A stretch of DNA of 63,996 nt, the filler included, from Asterionella formosa (Eukaryota): the NCBI GenBank assembly GCA_002256025.1. It is 7 parts of 7 records of this genome, joined end to end, with 100 filler letters (N's around TTAATTAATTAA, not from the genome) between each part and the next. Parts side by side here need not be neighbours in the genome. Positions count along the whole stretch, not along the records: positions 55,247 to 63,996 come from NKIB01011688.1; 6 more parts are not named here. One strand, given 5' to 3'. A program made the translations under genes and the position numbers. The notes under the pieces were generated by a model, which worked only from the letters and a program-made list of their open reading frames with translations, was not told the origin of the DNA and did not search any database. Numbering within the stretch: the first letter of the stretch is position 1; each line of letters opens with the position of its first letter. Below, piece by piece: positions 60,849-63,996 of this stretch.

Positions 60849-61434
60849 TTCATTGTCATGGAACCCCCAAATGTACACTGCCATGACCGATTTTGACTGG
60901 TTTTACTTAAGAGGCTCAGGAAAAACAAGAGATTTCCCTTATACTGGACCTAAGTAAATTTCATAAGTTCTACAGGATAGCGGACATTTTTCTAAGATGT
61001 ATTAATATGACAATTATTTCCGTGATGTGAGAAATGAGAGAGTTCTTCACCTCCTAGTAGCCGTGAGCAGATGGAGAATCCTTCATCATGTTGTCGCAAC
61101 CTTGACCATGACGAAAATTCGAATTATCTCCACGAAAATAGAGAATGACGCTTTGCTATTTGCTACCTATATAAAGAACAACATGGAAAATACAATCATA
61201 AAAGAAGTAAAGTAATTACATTAATAATGACAACGAAAATTGAAATCGCCGATAACAACATGAAGTCGCGTTTTTCTTGCGACCTGTCTTCTCTTGTGTT
61301 TTGTATGTACAAAAGAATCGCAAAATCGTAAATAAATAATTATATACTAGTGCCTACGAGGACAAAAAGAATCATAGCACGTTACTTTTTCTATGACAAG
61401 AAAAATATTGGGTGTCTGGTTCCAGGACAATGAA
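60849..61434. mobile_element. MITE-like element (family C), copy 2, with 17-bp TIRs
   Basis: TTCATTGTCATGGAACC ... GGTTCCAGGACAATGAA (16/17 inverted match). Non-coding. Confidence 0.72.
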
Positions 61435-61934
61435 GTATACGGTAATTGACCAAATAACTAATATTTGGTCGATAGGGTCATCCTCGACCAAGACCAAAGC
61501 ATTTTTGGTCTTGGTCAATGCAGTGGCTAATATATTTTTGCTTTTTCGACCAACACAACGCATCATTACGTGTAATGACCAGCAACTTCAATTGGCTTGG
61601 TATTTGGTCGATGCGGTAGCGATGCTCTAAAAAAAGAATTGTTTGTTTGACTACCGTACCGTACTCTTGCTCAATATTTGTTTTTAACCCTACTCTTAAT
61701 ATAGGGTTGAAATGCAGGAACCTTACTACCGGTACATACATAAGTAAAATCAGTGAAAATCAGTCACGGCAGTGTCCATTGGGGTACGGTATGCTGCTGG
61801 TGAAGTGTCTATTCTATGCAGCGATATTGATCAGACCTCTCGCAAGCAGTCAGAAGATCACAACGAAGAGTGGAAGAAACAAAGAAGAAATCCTTCCTCC
61901 GGGACAGACACAACAAGTGCCCAAAAGAGCAACA

Positions 61935-62665
61935 ATGCGGAATCAAATTATCGGAATCACGTCATCCGTGTTGATGATGGCGATTTGTGTAACTTCGTTT
62001 GCTCCAGTTCCATTACGGCTCGACAAGTTGCTCGCACGTCGTGGGCTCTTTGCCGAGCCAGGATCAGAAGAAGACAAATTCGATATGGAAGAATTGAATC
62101 AACGAATTGAGGATGCATCAAATCAATACGAAAAATTGTTCCTAACGAAGGAATGGGAGCGACGCCCGAAACCAGCAGATGTACATATTGTGCTTTTCAA
62201 GCCTGACACTGACGACGAAGGGGTCCATACAATTGAGTATCCCAAGGGGTCCGGAAGGAATGTGATTCTGGCATTTGAAAGTGCCAAAGAATGTGCTACA
62301 TTTGTGTCTATATTAAAGCTTCAGCGATTCTTTGATCCGTCGGTAAGCGTAGTGATCATCATTTATGTCTTGACTTGTATCCATACTTTTCGATCTAAAT
62401 GTTTCCAATTCTATTGTAGCCTCGAACAATGGATCTGAAAAATCTCGAAGCATACTGCAAGGAAATAGGGGTATTGGTTCAGGTTGTACCTCGTGGGATG
62501 GCCTTACTGCCTCCTTCGGAAACAGTGGAACAACTCGGACACAATCCGAATTTGGGCGATGAGAAAAAGCAGTTGGATTGTCTCTTTGAGATGAGCACCT
62601 CTCACGTAGAAGAGACTGGAATATTTCCAGGCACTAACAACGAATTGGGTGGTACCTGGGAGTGA
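61935..62665 (+). CDS. Plastid-targeted DUF3110-like protein; intron 62343-62419
   Basis: Signal peptide + TS-FAP. VHIVLFKP..EGVHTI..VILAFES..C..F..L; VVPRG.LLPP. Confidence 0.75.
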
Positions 62666-63238
62666 GGTGGTAGTGAATTTATTACTAGCATTTCTGGTTG
62701 CCACTTGCCCTGATAACAGCGAGGTTCTCGTTTCGAGCACACATCACTTGTTTTCCGAATTCGTTGTAGCATTTTTTGCTTACATAGTGATTGTTCATGG
62801 CTATGTTGAATCCGAATAGCTAGTTTACACTCGGTTGTCTGATTTCAAACTGAAAAGAATCGGAGTAGAGGATTGAACGAATACTGTAACATCTGCTATA
62901 GTTGCACTCGATCTGTCTATTCAGTGAGGCTAGAACAAAGAGAGGAGGGCCGCTGAACCATTGGGTTAGTTACGACTTTATTTCACGTTTTGTTCTGACT
63001 CGTTAAAAAAACTTGGCACACCACACCTTGGGCCGTTACTTCGATATATTGCTCGCTATGCATCCACATCCTCCATTGCTATGTTCAAAGATATCAACAT
63101 GCAAGGCTGGTGCCGCTTCTTGCGGCGACTGAAAATCGCAAACAGTAACGGATCGCCTGGTTTAGTCCGCCTTTACGATGATACCTAACTCATTGACTTC
63201 ACAACACAAAAACAATGCAAACAATTCAGCAAATTCAA

Positions 63239-63986
63239 CTACACTTTTTCTACCGCTTGCTTCTTTGCTGCTGGCTTTTCGTCGTCAGTTTCATTTGTCA
63301 GTGCGTCGCTGGTAATTGTGGGCACAGTTTCCTGTGAAAGTTGCTTCGCCTTCATCATTTCCAGAAAAGTGCCATCGTTGACAAATGTAGCTTCCGTAGA
63401 CTCTGCGAGAACACTTGATATGCCATTCAACTCTTTCCCTTTTTCGTCATACACTGAAATATAAGTAAATTCGTCATCTTTACCAGATGTAGCACTTTCT
63501 GCTATGTCAATGTTAACTCCAGCCAGTTGAAGGTTCCGTTTCCGACTCTTCGCCTCTTTCTGGCGTTGTCGCTTTTTCCTTCGCTGCGCAGTCTTGACTT
63601 CCTCTTCGGTTTGACTATTTGCCAACTTTTTCTGAAATTCTGCATCCATTTCTTGCTGCCTCTCTTCCTCTTCTAGTTTCTTCCACCTTTCCATTTCTCG
63701 GGATCTAGCGTGTCGGTACACATGAAATTCGCCGGATCCAGCACCTGCTACGGATCCATAAGGATTATCAACCTTTGCGGTTTTGACTGCGATGAGAGGA
63801 GAGTCCAAAGTTAGAAGAAAATTCACAGGAACCGGCGGAAAGGACACAGAATACCACACAACAGCATGGGAACATACCTGGCCCAGTCAGACTTGTTGCG
63901 TCAGTTCCTGCGGCTTGCGAATAGTCAATAGCACGCATATTAGAGTTTGTGTCCGCGAACGCTTGACATGATGAGAACCTTCCCAT
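63239..63986 (-). CDS. PRKRIP1: PRKR-interacting protein 1 (DUF1168); intron 63787-63877
   Basis: GSVAGAGSGEFHVYRHARSREMER and KTAQRRKKRQRQK. GTATGT donor and CGCAG acceptor join in frame. Confidence 0.9.
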
Positions 63987-63996
63987 CTTTGCACTG

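Noticed and set aside
61647..61934. Long N-terminal extension of the DUF3110-like ORF
   Set aside because: Starts at a non-ATG codon; the bipartite presequence begins at ATG 61935.

Overview
Eukaryotic nuclear DNA, almost certainly from a diatom (inference: short GT-AG introns, bipartite signal+transit plastid presequences, DUF6824 proteins, CoDi-type copia remnants, and a diatom-type polyamine fusion gene). It is a scaffolded draft with N-gaps and six artificial TTAATTAATTAA linkers. About 20 protein-coding genes are supportable: a signal-peptide AdoMetDC-like/aminopropyltransferase/SET fusion, PfkB kinase, a 5x DUF6824-like repeat protein, an alpha/beta hydrolase, coronin, a Cys-rich/TPAPV-repeat secreted protein, a Kir-like channel, a PI-synthase-like enzyme, DPH7, a bestrophin-like protein, a dirigent/AOC-like protein, an ankyrin-DHHC palmitoyltransferase, TL17, a DUF1995 protein, an RFC small subunit, a diatom hypothetical protein, a DUF6824 protein, EDC4, a DUF3110 protein and PRKRIP1. 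Intergenic DNA holds decayed copia, Harbinger and Crinkler-like elements, a ~200-bp LTR family and MITE-like repeats. The most notable observations are (1) a long-chain-polyamine-type triple fusion whose three catalytic motifs all look degenerate although the ORF is intact, (2) pervasive TA-CC(W)GG-TA motifs and arrays that appear as insertions at TA sites when repeat copies are compared, suggesting iterated transposon footprints, (3) a five-fold DUF6824-like array lacking the canonical GRG, (4) a Kir-like channel with a GVGYG filter, and (5) a MITE whose internal segment is inverted between copies. All family assignments come from motif recognition by eye; no searches were run.
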